The notes under the pieces were generated by a model that did no database searches, was not told the DNA's origin, and saw only the letters and a program-made list of their open reading frames with translations. A program made the translations under genes and the position numbers. Positions 39,783 to 52,400 of a stretch of 64,000 nt of DNA are shown here, in pieces (position 1 is the first letter of the stretch; every line of letters starts with the position of its first letter). This DNA is from Antedon mediterranea (lineage: Eukaryota; Animalia; Echinodermata): contig NC_092671.1 in the NCBI RefSeq assembly GCF_964355755.1, forward strand, positions 14,880,001 to 14,944,000. The letters run 5' to 3'.

Positions 39783-42700
39783 TTACTTTTTCCCTTCCGT
39801 GTCATTGAATTCTATTTGCCTGGAGGTACAACAATACTTAATCATTTCGAATCGTGTGCATGGATTGTAACAGCATTCGGTAACAAAATTTGTTTGGCCA
39901 TGCTGACGGCGATCTAAATTTACTGATGAGAACAGCCTACTCCGTTTAGCCTCCAAATATCCAGACGCCCTTTCCTTTGTTAAAAACATTTCATCTAAAA
40001 ATAAAAATCAATACATCATAATAAGACTTACTGCACAACATCGATGTCGAACCTACACATATTACATTACAATTTTACAATATAATTTTTTTTAAACCAC
40101 TGAGGTTATTAAAATATGAGTTGGAAAAGAACATTTTAGCAACCTTAATAAAAACTTTCCAAACATTTTATTTTTGTAATTTGTTTTATAGAACAAGTTT
40201 AGTATTTGAAATGCTTGTTGACAACAAATACTGTATGATAAAAACAAACACGATTATAACACGCTCATTCAAGATAACTATATTGCCACTTATACTGTAA
40301 CATCTGACCAAATAGAAACAATTAGAATTCATCATTATACTTACACATAGGTAATTATCTTTCAATAAAAACAAAATTGAACGAAAAAATAATCATCTCT
40401 GCTAATTAGCAGACAAATTGTTACAAAAAAAGTAAATTGGTACCCTAAGGACTAGATGTTGAAGAATATGTTATATTAAATGATACAAACTACCAAACCA
40501 TTTTCAATCTCATTTTATTTGGGGTCATTTAAAACTCTACTGCGATTATGCCTACATTTTATTTTATTGCAGTAATGACGGACATGTAATTTTAATTTTT
40601 AAAATGTTTTGGTTCAATATAAGTAGACATTTTTGAGGAAGTGACTGCAATAAATACTCATCAAAATAGTGTAAACAAGATTAGGTTAAAGAGGAAACAA
40701 AATATAGTTACTGCAGTAATACTAAATAATTACTAGCAGAATAATGGTTCCTTAATCATGTTACCGCTTCCATCACCATAAATTTAACTTTTAAATCAAA
40801 AACATTTGCACTAAATTTTAAAGAAATATAATTATCTCAGTAATACAATTCGTTTCTGAATTAAGTTACTGAAATATTGGTCAAATCGTTTTCATCAAAC
40901 AATCAGCCTTTTAAGGAAGTACATTAAGTGTTTGTGAATGGAGTAAGCTTACTTTGTCAATAATACATTTAAGTTTAAGTGGGTTCAGCTTCAATCAGTG
41001 CATAATGAGTTTACATACTGGCGAATAATAATCGTGAAATTTAAGTATATAGTGTCAAAGATTCACCACTTAGTTTCCGCTTAATGTTTCATATTTTACC
41101 CGATTCTCAGTGCTGTATTTTCACATTATTTACACAGTATCATAGGGAAATTCCGTAATACAGCATCTCATGTTTGTCACATGTCATGCCTGTATCGTGG
41201 ACGTTTAGGTTATGGTATATGATACTAAGCGATACATGTGAAACATAACGTGATGCGTATTATGACATTTTTCTATAATATGGAGAAATGAAGATGCAGA
41301 ACCGAGACTCGTGTTCTCTTGGTCTATACTGAATGAAATCTTGAAATTTATTGTGAAATCAAACATCTGTTCTTCGTCTTTTTTGTTGTGTTTTTGATGA
41401 TTTTTGTTAACGTCATTGGATGTTTTACTTTCAACATGTATTTACATTGTATTCTGAAACAATTCGTATTATTGAATTTTCACAACCAGGTTTCATTGGA
41501 ATCACTAAACTGTCTCCCTTTCTTGTTGTATTATGCTTGAAAAAGTTCTATCAATGCGTGCAATAACAAATGTGACGTTACGCTTCCAGTGTTCTATACT
41601 GATGACGTTATCGGAAACGGTGTATAATATGTTTACTATAGTAAAGTGTCTGCAATGTATTAAGGGCACGGTTAAGTAGTAATTGATGGCGAGAAAGTTC
41701 AGTGAGTCTACGACAAAGATGTGTATGTTTCAACGCGCTTTATTCTGACCTGTAAGTATTGTGCATGTTTTGTCCTCAATCTTTCACGGGTAGTAATTCC
41801 ATCGCTCTTGTACACTCTTGTCTATGCAAATATTGAACGGTGTCCATTACGAGGCATGCTTACCGTACTCCTAGACACCTGCAATTCAGTCTCATTGTCT
41901 ACTACTAGGTCATTGCTTGTTAGGGTAACTCTTTTTTATGAAAAAATCTGCCTACCTGTGTATGTTTATTATGTTGTGTTTTATAATATTAAATCATCTC
42001 TCAATAATGAGTATAAGAGCGTTTTCGTCTACGTACTTAGGCCTACATATCAAGTAAATATATGTATTTTGCAGTAGTAGTATTGTGGACTTATTTGCTT
42101 ACGTCTAATGTAAACTGCGTTATAATATACATTGTCTTTATTAATTATTGATTACGCCTATAATAAGTTTAGTGATTGAATACAGTTTTAAGTTAATGAC
42201 TTATGAAAATAAGGTGAAACATGATAATTAAATCAATTCCATTGGCAGTTCGATACAAAAAACATTGGATGGGAAACAATTATATTGTTATAGCATTGAA
42301 CAAATTATTCTAAATTTAAATTGAGTGGGCTGACATTTTAATGTAAATTCAATCGATCTTTCAACAAGTGTAAGGGTGCGTTTTCTTTCTTGAAACTGCA
42401 AAATTAATCTGCGCATGCCTATACACGCACTATACACACCGTTCCGTTGATTATCGAATTGTATTGATCCGTGTAACGTTTATTCTTACCGTCCCCACCA
42501 AACGAATGTTCGCAAGTTAACCGTTTTTCTTCTTTAGTTGATACTCAACTTTGGGTTGGTGAGGAATAGAATAGACTCCTCGCAGTCCAACTTTACTTTG
42601 TCGTGGTTAATTGATTTAAAACAACATACCGAATATAAGTGCCGAAATGTGCTAAAATGTATTATGAGTATGTAATTGGATTGCTCATAAACAGACTGAC

Positions 42701-42941
42701 AAACTATCACATTTTTGTAATTTTACTAACCTGATTTTGATTTTAACAATGGTAAACTTGAATGAGACCGTTTAGTTGCATAACAACTCTGACAAAAGTT
42801 CATTAATGTATTTGCGGCACTTCCACAATACCAGTCTCGGGCGTCTGTAACTTGCACTTGACTTAGTAGCACTACAACGATGGTTATTACTAGGCTAGTT
42901 GTTGCCACGTGTTCATGCTGTCCATCAAATAGTTTGGTCAT
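39783..42941 (-). CDS. Insulin-related peptide precursor with eight cysteines (octinsulin type); complement(join(39783..39994,42731..42941)), 140 aa
   Basis: Signal peptide ending VQVTDA, B chain RDWYCGSAANTLMNFCQSCYAT, KR, C region with an internal KR, RR, then A chain QHGQTNFVTECCYNPCTRFEMIKYCCTSRQIEFNDTEGKK. Canonical CG-x9-C and CC-x3-C-x8-C spacing plus one extra Cys in each chain. Phase-1 intron in the C peptide (donor TCAG|gttagt at 42731, acceptor tttttag|AT at 39994). Confidence 0.93.
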
Positions 42942-43935
42942 TATAATCTATAAAAGAAAATGTTTAAAATCTTCATAACTTTTCAAACTTGTTCCTAAAT
43001 TGTACCATTAAGAACGACTGCTGATTAATTAGTTAAATATCTAAAGTTTCCACTTTTGTTTATACGAACCAGCAACCAAATATATTGGAGAGATTCAATC
43101 AATGGCTGAAGGAGATTGAATCAGGAAAGAGTGAAATTACACTCGTTAATTACAATACTACTATTACAACAACACCAAATTCAGCACACACAAAGAAACA
43201 ATACGAAGTATATATCAATTAATGCATTTTATGAAACTCAAATTAATTCCCAATAGCAAATTAAAGTGTTTACATACATCTATTTTATGGCGCTACTATT
43301 TTGTAAATGCACCTAAACCAGGCAAGTCTAATATAATGAGGATTATTGTGTATGGAGTAATCCGTCAATAAAGTAATTTCAGAAGAATCCAATATATAAA
43401 TAAAACGAATAAGAAATACCAAAGTAGACATTATTTAGTATAATATATTATTGACATAGAACCACAGCTTACTATACAAATAATACAAATGATGTAGTCA
43501 TAAACATTGTATCAAGAAGTTACAGATATTTTGTTATAAGTGATTCAATAAATTTACATTTATTGATGGAAATTGTCTATAACCATAATTGTGTTTCTTG
43601 ATTTAATTTTGTTGAGTGCTCACATGTCAAAAGTTGTTCATCTTGTTTATTATGAAATTTACCGTAATGTTATTGTAGAAAGGCTCAGCAAGAAGCTTGC
43701 AATGGCAGACGCCGATACCAACTTCTTCAAAAAAGAAGGCTAGCACGTTTGATGTAATTCCAAAATTCATTATTGTTTATTGTAATGTATTGAGAAATAA
43801 AGTTGAATTGAATACACATTGTATTATACGGTAATGCATGTTTCTAAAATTATTGTGCCTAGAAGGTTTTCAAACCACCATATGGATTGAAATGTCAATT
43901 GATCACTTTGTCACTATATCTTCTCGATCGGTTTC

Positions 43936-44645
43936 TTATTTACCTCCGCCAAGGTGTAATCGGTAGCGTGTGTTTGTTTGTTTGTTTGTTTATTTGTTTG
44001 TTTGTTTGTTTGTTTGTTTGTTAGCAGGATTACTCAAAAAGTAATTACAAGATCTTTACCAAAATGAATAGACAGATAGATATGTGGTCAAGGACCATTC
44101 CATTTTGGGACCATTTGGGACCACAGTCCCAATTCTGGACCACTTTTTAGTATACTTTTTTAGACCTGCTAGTGTTAAAAGATAGGACAGAATTTTTCAA
44201 AAGCCGGCGAGCAGTCTTAAAGTAACAAGTAAACTGAAATTGCATTTTCTCGAGAACTACTTGTCCAAAAAACTTCATTTTTGAACAAGAGGCAAGAGTT
44301 ATAATTTGTGATTTGTAATTTTAAAACATAATTTGATTTAATGTGCACGTTTTTTGATGCGAGTAGTTTAAAAAACCTATTTCTTTTCAAATTCACTCGT
44401 TTGATTTTCGCGTTGCTGTTCTATTGTTAGTCAACTGAAGCTTTTGTTAATTGAAAGGCTTGTTACATAACCATTACACCAAACTCTCATACACATGCTT
44501 GTAATGAAATTAGCCTAAATCACAAACAGCATTAAGACACACACAAATATATATATATATATATTTTTTTTTTTACCGGAGAAATCTTATGTAGGAGAAT
44601 TTTACAGTAGGCGGAGGTATGCCCTCTCGGAGTGGCTTTCTAGTT
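43936..44645 (+). mobile_element. Non-autonomous Helitron/Helentron-type element (DINE-1/HINE-like architecture)
   Basis: Subterminal inverted repeats tacctccgcc (43941-43950) / ggcggaggta (44610-44619), (GTTT)n microsatellite at ~43971-44020, 3' hairpin gccctctcggagtggc, and CTAG then a T-run at 44640. Confidence 0.75.
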
Positions 44646-44864
44646 TATAATGTATTAGCTTATACAATTTTGCATAAGTGTATACGTTATCGTTACATTG
44701 GGAATCACATCAACCAATGTGTTCACAATTTATAAAATTTGGGCATAATCCAGTAAGTTAATTTGAATTACTAGTACATGAATTACACCACCTTTATGAT
44801 GGCATATAAAAGAAGCATTGAAATATAACCTGATAAGTTCAAGAACAATTTGAAAGATATTTAT

Positions 44865-45667
44865 GCACCTCAAGGTAGTGTGATTAGACACAATCATCCT
44901 TGAACAATCTATACACAAGCCACATCAATTATCCTCCCTCATCCAGGTAATTTATAAATCAAGAAGATAGGATGCTTTATAAAATATTTCAAAACTGAAA
45001 TAGCTAAATTTTTAACCATCTTGAGGCCATACTAAAAATAAGTAAAAGTAAGTAATACGAATTATTTTATAAAATGAAAGTTGGCATATATTTTAAGTTT
45101 GGAAGTGAGAAACGATCTACTGTTTCTACCTGGTTAGACATACCACCACACATTAGCTGATATTATTGTTTTTAGCAACAAATTTAGTCCTACACGAACA
45201 TGATGTGTTAATACCTTGGGGTGGATCAAACTTAAAGTCCTTCTGACTTATATATATATATATATTTGCACCTCAAGGTAGTGTGATTAGACACAATCAT
45301 CCTTGATCAATCTATACACATACACAAGCAACATCAATTATCCTCCCTCATCCAGGTAATTTATAAATCAAGAAGATAGGATGCTTTATAAAATATTTCA
45401 AAACTGAAATAGCTAAATTTTAAACCATCTTGAGGCCATACTAAAAATAAGTAAAAGTAAGTAATACGAATTATTTTATAAAATGAAACTTGGCATATAT
45501 TTTAAGTTTGGAAGTGGGAAACGATCTACTGTTTCTACCTGGTTAGACATACCACCACACATTAGCTGACATTATTTTTTTTAGCAACAAATTTAGGCCT
45601 ACACGAACATGATGTGTTAATACTTTGGGGTGGATCAAACTTAAAGTCCTTCTGACTTATATATATA
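44865..45667. repeat. Recent direct tandem duplication, period 403 bp
   Basis: gcacctcaaggtagtgtgattagacac... starts at 44865 and again at 45268. Both copies end in cttctgact(TA)n. Only a few substitutions and one 6-nt indel differ. Confidence 0.95.
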
Positions 45668-47807
45668 TTTTAGACCCAAAGTTTAAATTAAATTTCGGGT
45701 TTATAGTCGAAACCGAAAGGAAGATGTAGGCGGGAAATGGAATACAACATACCTACGAGTATAAACTGTTATTTAAATCCATTTCGCAATTTGAAAGCCA
45801 TTGAGGAACATCGATAATGGTACATTGATGTTCTATACGACATTATAAATATTTTTATTCAATTATTGTAATTTTAGGGTAGATATGGATGGAATGTTAT
45901 AGCACTTTTGTGTGTTTGAGTCATATCAATATCATTTCATCTTGTAAAGTTGTGTTTAATGACAAGAAATACGCATTACTTTAATTGCTTGCAGGGAGCA
46001 GGTGTGATCTCAGGTAGATTTTACAGGTAAAGCACGAACCGACAATACAGTGAAGCTACGTGTGGATTGAGCTGTGTTTTGCATGCATCTATTACTTAAA
46101 GGATGGTAAACACAACGTTTGAACGCACAAAATCGATCGCTTCCTGATGTGTACTCGTCACTAACAACTTCTTCACAATAATGTAATCGCTAAATTGAAA
46201 TGTGAGAGGCATTCAGTAGACACATTTCACGGTTCAAGTTACTTCATACATATAACTTGAATTATGGCAAATTATGACTTATGAGCAACACCGTTACCAT
46301 CATTTCTCATTCCATTCAAACATTAATGATCTCAAGATTATGTGTCAAGATGATATAATATCTATTAGTTTATACATTTTTCTGGTTGATACTTTCATTT
46401 TTATACCTAAATACACCAAGTGATACTAAGACATTTTTATTGTATCAACAACTTTATTTTAACATAAACAGTGTACATTAAATCACATTGTTCCCAAGTA
46501 CAGTATGTTAAAGAAAAATGTAATTTATCTTTAAATTCTTTTAAGTTCAGACTTAGTTAGTTCCTATTCCACCAACGTTACTGATAACTGTGTCCTCTAT
46601 AGGGCCTATGGGTGAACCAACTTTCACAGAACAATAACTCAAGTCTAAAGTGGTGCTGATATGATTTACAAATACACGTGTTGTTATTTTCGGTCTAATT
46701 ACTTTTAGTGAAGGTTTGTTAAGTTTTGTATTACGGTACTAATCAATATGTAAGATTCCATTTGATGTTTGTGCATACAAGATTGTTTTGCTGATCTGAT
46801 CCATTTAGCACAAAATTTGTCTAGAATTAAAATAAGAGTTATTTGTATTCAAAATTATTATAATTCTAAAATTTGTATATTAATACTTTGAAAAGTTCAA
46901 AATCGCCAGTAACATCTGTATTTCATTATTGTCGATGGATGAATGGAATACGATAGTTCCTGCTAATATGGGTAGCGTCCGTATTCAACTCGTGTTAGTG
47001 TAAATATGATTCGAATTTACGTAAATCGAGTCGATTATTTTAAACTAATAAGTTGCACAATAACGACTCTCCAAAGGGTACGCGTTTAACACGTTCCTAA
47101 TCCTCCTAACATTAATCATAGTTAACACATGACAGTTTGAAACCAATATAACACAAAGGTTAGGAAATGTGCGTTGCGCAGTACCTTACACGTGAAGAAA
47201 TTAGTTTGTCTAAACTAATTCTGATAAACGAATTAGTTGGTTGGTCACTATTAATTTGTGCTAGATAACATAATTAAGCATACATGCACAATTGAGTGGT
47301 ACACTCGGTCGTCACTCTTCTTTGGATCTAGTTAAGGTATAAGCACAGTATCGTATATAATACATAGACGAAAACCCCGTTGAACTTTCCAGAACCGTTG
47401 AAACATGGCTTACAATAATTAGAAGGAATTGAGTGTTAATTTCCCTAATTATGATTTCAAACTGAACAAAAATAAATCAGAGACACAGTAAACGATTTTC
47501 ATCTCTAGTGCTCTTAACTAACATCGACATTACTTTCAACATTAAAGCAATTACTTAAACAAGATGAAATCTATGCTATAATGTACCATGTCATCTTGCT
47601 TGTCAATGTTATTTTTCAGAAGCGTAGATATTGTAAAAATGTATACGGCTTTCATAAATAAAATAATTAAATGGTGCTTTGTTAACCATAACAAGACGAT
47701 CTTCGGTACTAGTATTATTAGCACATCATCCTACTTTCCACAAATATACAAAGGCAAACAGTACCGAATATCTATGTAGGCCTAATAATAGAGGAACTAT
47801 TGGTTCT

Positions 47808-47959
47808 AAAGCCCTATCTACACTATCAAACTTTATGTGACAAAAAAATGTGATGTACCCATATATGTCATATCACTACCATATTTGAGCATATCACTAC
47901 CATATTTGGGCACATTGCACTTTTTTGTCAAACTAATTTGATAGTATAGACAGAGCTTT
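47808..47959. mobile_element. MITE (same family as 11637-11786)
   Basis: Terminal inverted repeats aaagccctatctacactatcaaa / tttgatagtatagacagagcttt, TA-flanked, with an internal duplication of catatcactaccatatttg. Confidence 0.8.
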
Positions 47960-48349
47960 ATATAATCAATTTTGATCTTCCAATGATCGTTGTGAGAATT
48001 TTTTCCTGTGAGTTCAGTATATCACAGATATTTAATAGACACGGATGTCCACAAACATTCAGTCTCACTTGATTCAGTGGTGACAAGATAGTGCAAGATG
48101 AGAACAAGATAATTGTATTTACCTTAGAAATACATCTTTCACTCTGAGACATTCTTATATTATCAACTCTTTGATCAGATGACATATTAACTATACAGAT
48201 ATACTACTGAAGTTGGTGCCATATTTACTATTTAACTGCTCTTTTTATAGTCATATGCAATTATTGCTTATTTACATAGCCCTTAAAATATTATCTCTTG
48301 TTTTGATAATAGTTTTTCTAATTTGTTTTCTTAATTACAGTTCATTTAG

Positions 48350-48785
48350 GTATATTTATTCATAAAAAGACATCAAAATACAACGGCAGCCAAAAGGCTG
48401 AAAAGTAGTATTTTACAAAACTTGATAAAAATATATAAATACATTAGCCTATGTATAAAAGGTAAAACTAGTTTAAAAAAAAATAAAAAATTTACCACAT
48501 TAAAATTGGTCCACCTGTAAGTTAAAATAGTGCCAGCCTATTCAATATTCATCATTAATGAGTCGGACTAATAAAGGGACTGGTGAAGATCTAAATCTTT
48601 CTGTACGACCAAACGGGATTTCGAATAGAGGCTTACTCGCAGACCTCAGGGTTCTGCTAATGTCACGAACAGGGGGAAGAATGCTTCTAAATGTATCAGA
48701 CTTTATTATTCCTTTACCAAATTTCAGTAAGAGTTGGACTCTTCTGTTAACTAGCGATGGAAGGTCTGACAATTAGTTAGTAGTT
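48350..48785 (-). mobile_element. 3' end fragment of a CR1/L2-group LINE
   Basis: ORF 48542-48772 ends LPSLVNRR...FRSILPP...RTLRS...RTERFRSSPVPLLVRLIN, matching the typical ORF2 C-terminus of CR1/L2-related clades. The 3' UTR has a cagcc-tttt-ggctg hairpin and AATAAA. Confidence 0.75.
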
Positions 48786-49251
48786 ATATTCACGTTTAAT
48801 GTTAGTGTCTAGTGAAGCTAGTTTGAAGTTTTTGAGGAAAAAAGACACCACATTCTATATTTAAGCAGTATACTTATTTACAATAATCAGTCTAATCGAA
48901 AATACATCGCTTTCTATACAAAACTATTGGCTACTCTGAACTCGCAACCTCAAATTGACAAAACACAGGGTTACTATGTTTTGGTACCACGATATTATTA
49001 TTGGAAGATCGATAGGACGGCGTGTTAACAAGCCGACAAAGAACATACTCGTTATTTACCACTTATGGTTTACAGAGATATTGAAGTATATAGTTGTGAA
49101 AAAAAAATTTCTGTTGAGTAACACAGATTTAAACATTCTATTAAAAAAAATCAGAATTCTGACATAGAAAAAAAACTCTTTTTACTAGAAGCACAAATGT
49201 TTTTCAATTACCATATCGTATAAATTCATAGCAAAAAGTATCTATACTTAC

Positions 49252-49471
49252 GGTTCGTTAATATTCTTAGTCGACCAAATTCGTTGTTGCGGTATACACT
49301 TGTCAACAATCCTAATTTTAAGTATTGTATAGTACTAGTACCAAATCAAGTGTACTGTTTTATATACCATGTGCGTAATTTCAACTCCGCCTACACTTGT
49401 TTACATATTCCAATTTGAGTTCATTGATTGGATAATTGTCGTTGACCTAAGAATCTTAATATGTTACGTCA
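49252..49471 (-). promoter_or_regulatory. Candidate promoter and non-coding first exon of the octinsulin-type gene
   Basis: Minus strand: CRE-like TGACGTAA (49471-49464), CCAAT boxes near 49410-49432, TATATAAAA (49366-49358), then ~85 nt ending in a consensus donor ACC|gtaagt at 49252. The coding exon has an acceptor ttttcttttatag 6 nt before its ATG (exon start 42947), implying an upstream non-coding exon. Confidence 0.55.
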
Positions 49472-52400
49472 TCAATCAGATAAACGTTTAGATGGTGAGA
49501 AAATCTAAAGATTATTGAAAGTTTTTTAATTGCTAATAAAGCAAAAAATGTATTCGTTAATATTTCCACTTATATAAACTCAATGAAACAGTATGATAAG
49601 CAGCTGTATTGCTGTCGTGGATGACATTATGTTTTCCGGCGTTTGAAAGGTTGATTAGTAAGAATTATAACTGCCAAATTAATAGATACATTTCAACAAA
49701 TAAAAAAGTGTAGATGCTAAAATTGCGCTAAAATTCTTCATCATAGTCTAGTTTGGTTTTGAAAATGCTGCGATTGTTATTAAATTTGACATAAATTGTG
49801 AATTAAATATATTATCAGTAATGATCTGTTACGCTCATATAGTATTCAAAACCATACTAAATTGGAAAACGAATGAATGTTTGCAACTTATTGAGTTGCA
49901 ATTTAATAGAGGAGGAACATAAACTTAATCTTCTCAGACATAACTGAAAGAAAAAACATAAAACATAAAAAATGTCCAAGCTTAAAGTATCGGACAGTAT
50001 CGTAAATTCAAAGCTTTATGATTGTATATAATATAGTGTAAACTACATTCAAGAAGCCCACATTATGTTACATAAAATACTACAAGGAGTAACTGTATAG
50101 CTTGAAAACTTACGTTATAGCAATTTTGTGTAGTGGTTTAGCAAATTTATTTCGTTGAATTTATAACAGGTCGAAAAAGTGTGTTGGTCGTATGTCTAAA
50201 TTCCATATACTTGACACTTTAGAAGGTTCTTACAGGATATTGAGACCAGTAATTCACACATTCATGAATATAGTTAAACGGTTATTGCAGTCCTACATGG
50301 TAAAGACCTTATAACAATTTGGTGAATTTACTGAAGTTATTGATCTGAACATACCTATGGTAGATATCGTGTGTATGGCATGTTATACAAGACAGTTAGA
50401 AATCATAGTGACGTTTTAATAATTCAATTCAAATCAAATAAAAATCTATTTCTCTTTCTCTACAAGAAACGATTCATTTTGTATTAAATTTTCTATTGTT
50501 TTTATTATTTCGTTTGTAAAGTATTTTGACTAGTAAGACCAATTGGACATATATTAAATTAAGTAAAACTTTAATGGTTTTATTCATCCTTTTGCATTAT
50601 TTTAAACCTTTAATCATTTTAAAGTAAAAATCTGCTAAATCAGGAATATACATTGGAAAAAACAATTATCTGGAAAATATTCTTTGATTGTCTGCTATAC
50701 TATCACGTGGTTTCATATAATTTTAAAAAACAATTTTTAAGACACAAGATAGAGGGATTTTGTAAAATGTTGATTTGTTTTCATCAACAAATCTATAATG
50801 ATGAGATCAATAAATATATCGAAATATTTCTACCTGTTTCATATTGTTTAATTATCTGTTTACTTAACTGGAAAATAATATTTTGGTATAATGTCTCCAG
50901 TAGTATTGGTTACAATCCTACATAAAATCGTTAATTGTTTTTGTATTATAATTTATAAACCATCTGCGTATTGTAGTTGAACTATTGGCCATAGTTATTT
51001 GGTATAATGTGTCGGTGTTTCTAATTGAACGTACCTTGTACTATACAGTTAGCAGTTATTGCATTACATTATTCGTTCATTTATTGTGGTGTGATAGGAA
51101 CGTCAGTTGAAATCTCAGATGATAATTCTTTGACAATTGGCAAGAATTCATGAATCATATTTTCAACATTTACCAAAAGAAATGCTTTATTTGCTGAACC
51201 GCTTTAGCTCTTCCTGTACTCTCTCCCCCTTTGTCCAAACGACGATCATTCTGAATTAAAACGCTCTCAACAATGTTGTTAACCGGTCAATGGTGCGTGG
51301 GAGTGTGAGAAGTTTGTATGTAACACACACCTGCCTGTCGACTAGGTTCGTCTTCCACAATGTCAACCAAAAAACATGTAACCTGTTTGAAACGCTGTTG
51401 TATACTAAACATAGCACCAACGAGTAGCGGATTTGATCAATAGTAATTAAGCTATAATCTAGTAATCATGTACTTGTAAGAAGCGTTATGACACGATGAA
51501 ATCATGACGATATCACAGAAGCGGTGCCGAACACAGAACTTTGATATGAAGACTACGTCACTCTAAGATGGAATGTCGTAGTTATTATTTTTTAAAGAAA
51601 TTTAATTGCTACTGCCTGATCGCAATTTAATGCTTCGATTACCGGCTGCGTGGCAGTTGACTATTACTGAGGCCAATAAATTGACGCAACAACTTGAAAC
51701 GCAATGCTGGCATAAAAACACTCCATAAAAGTTGAATAATTGGTACATACCACCTGGTAGACTTGCCCCAAGTCTGTATTTATTGTCTTTTTTTTATATT
51801 TATTTGTTTTTATTTCGACCGCGATTTTTCTCTGAAAATACAGACTTGTGAAACACGTATAGAAATCGATTTGGAGACCGCAAACATCCGATAAGAATGA
51901 CGTAGGTTATCATACCGTATTTGGCTATATGGGGCGGGCGGTATGTAAATATGGATTTCGAATCAACCAATGATCATTTTGTTTCAAAATGAAAAAGATA
52001 GAGTACGTACAGTGCTGAATGTACGATCGAGACTGAACAACTGTTGAAATATAAAATCGTGTTGCCAAGTTGTTTTGTTTATTAATTGTTTAGTCCTGGC
52101 CTAGGCCTCCTTCGTAGGGATACTCAACTCGTACGTATAACCTGCCAAATAGAACGCCAATAAAGTACATACCACCACCGACCGGCACACAACAGGGCTA
52201 CACCGGCACACAACAGGGCTACACCACCACACAGAATAGGACAGGGTATGGCTGGGTGGGAAATAAATTAAATTATCTCCGCATAATAAATGATCCATTC
52301 AATGTTTGATTTGCGGAGAAGCTAGCCTATCATATCAAGACGAGTTTTCATGTTCTTGGGAAAAATCCCATCAAATGTTTACCAGACTACTAGGCATATA

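Noticed and set aside
41595-41627. Hammerhead-like CTGATGA...GAAAC
   Set aside because: Stem II is only 2 bp and there is no valid NUH cleavage triplet. CTGATGA hits near 14394, 16300 and 26664 also lack the remaining core.
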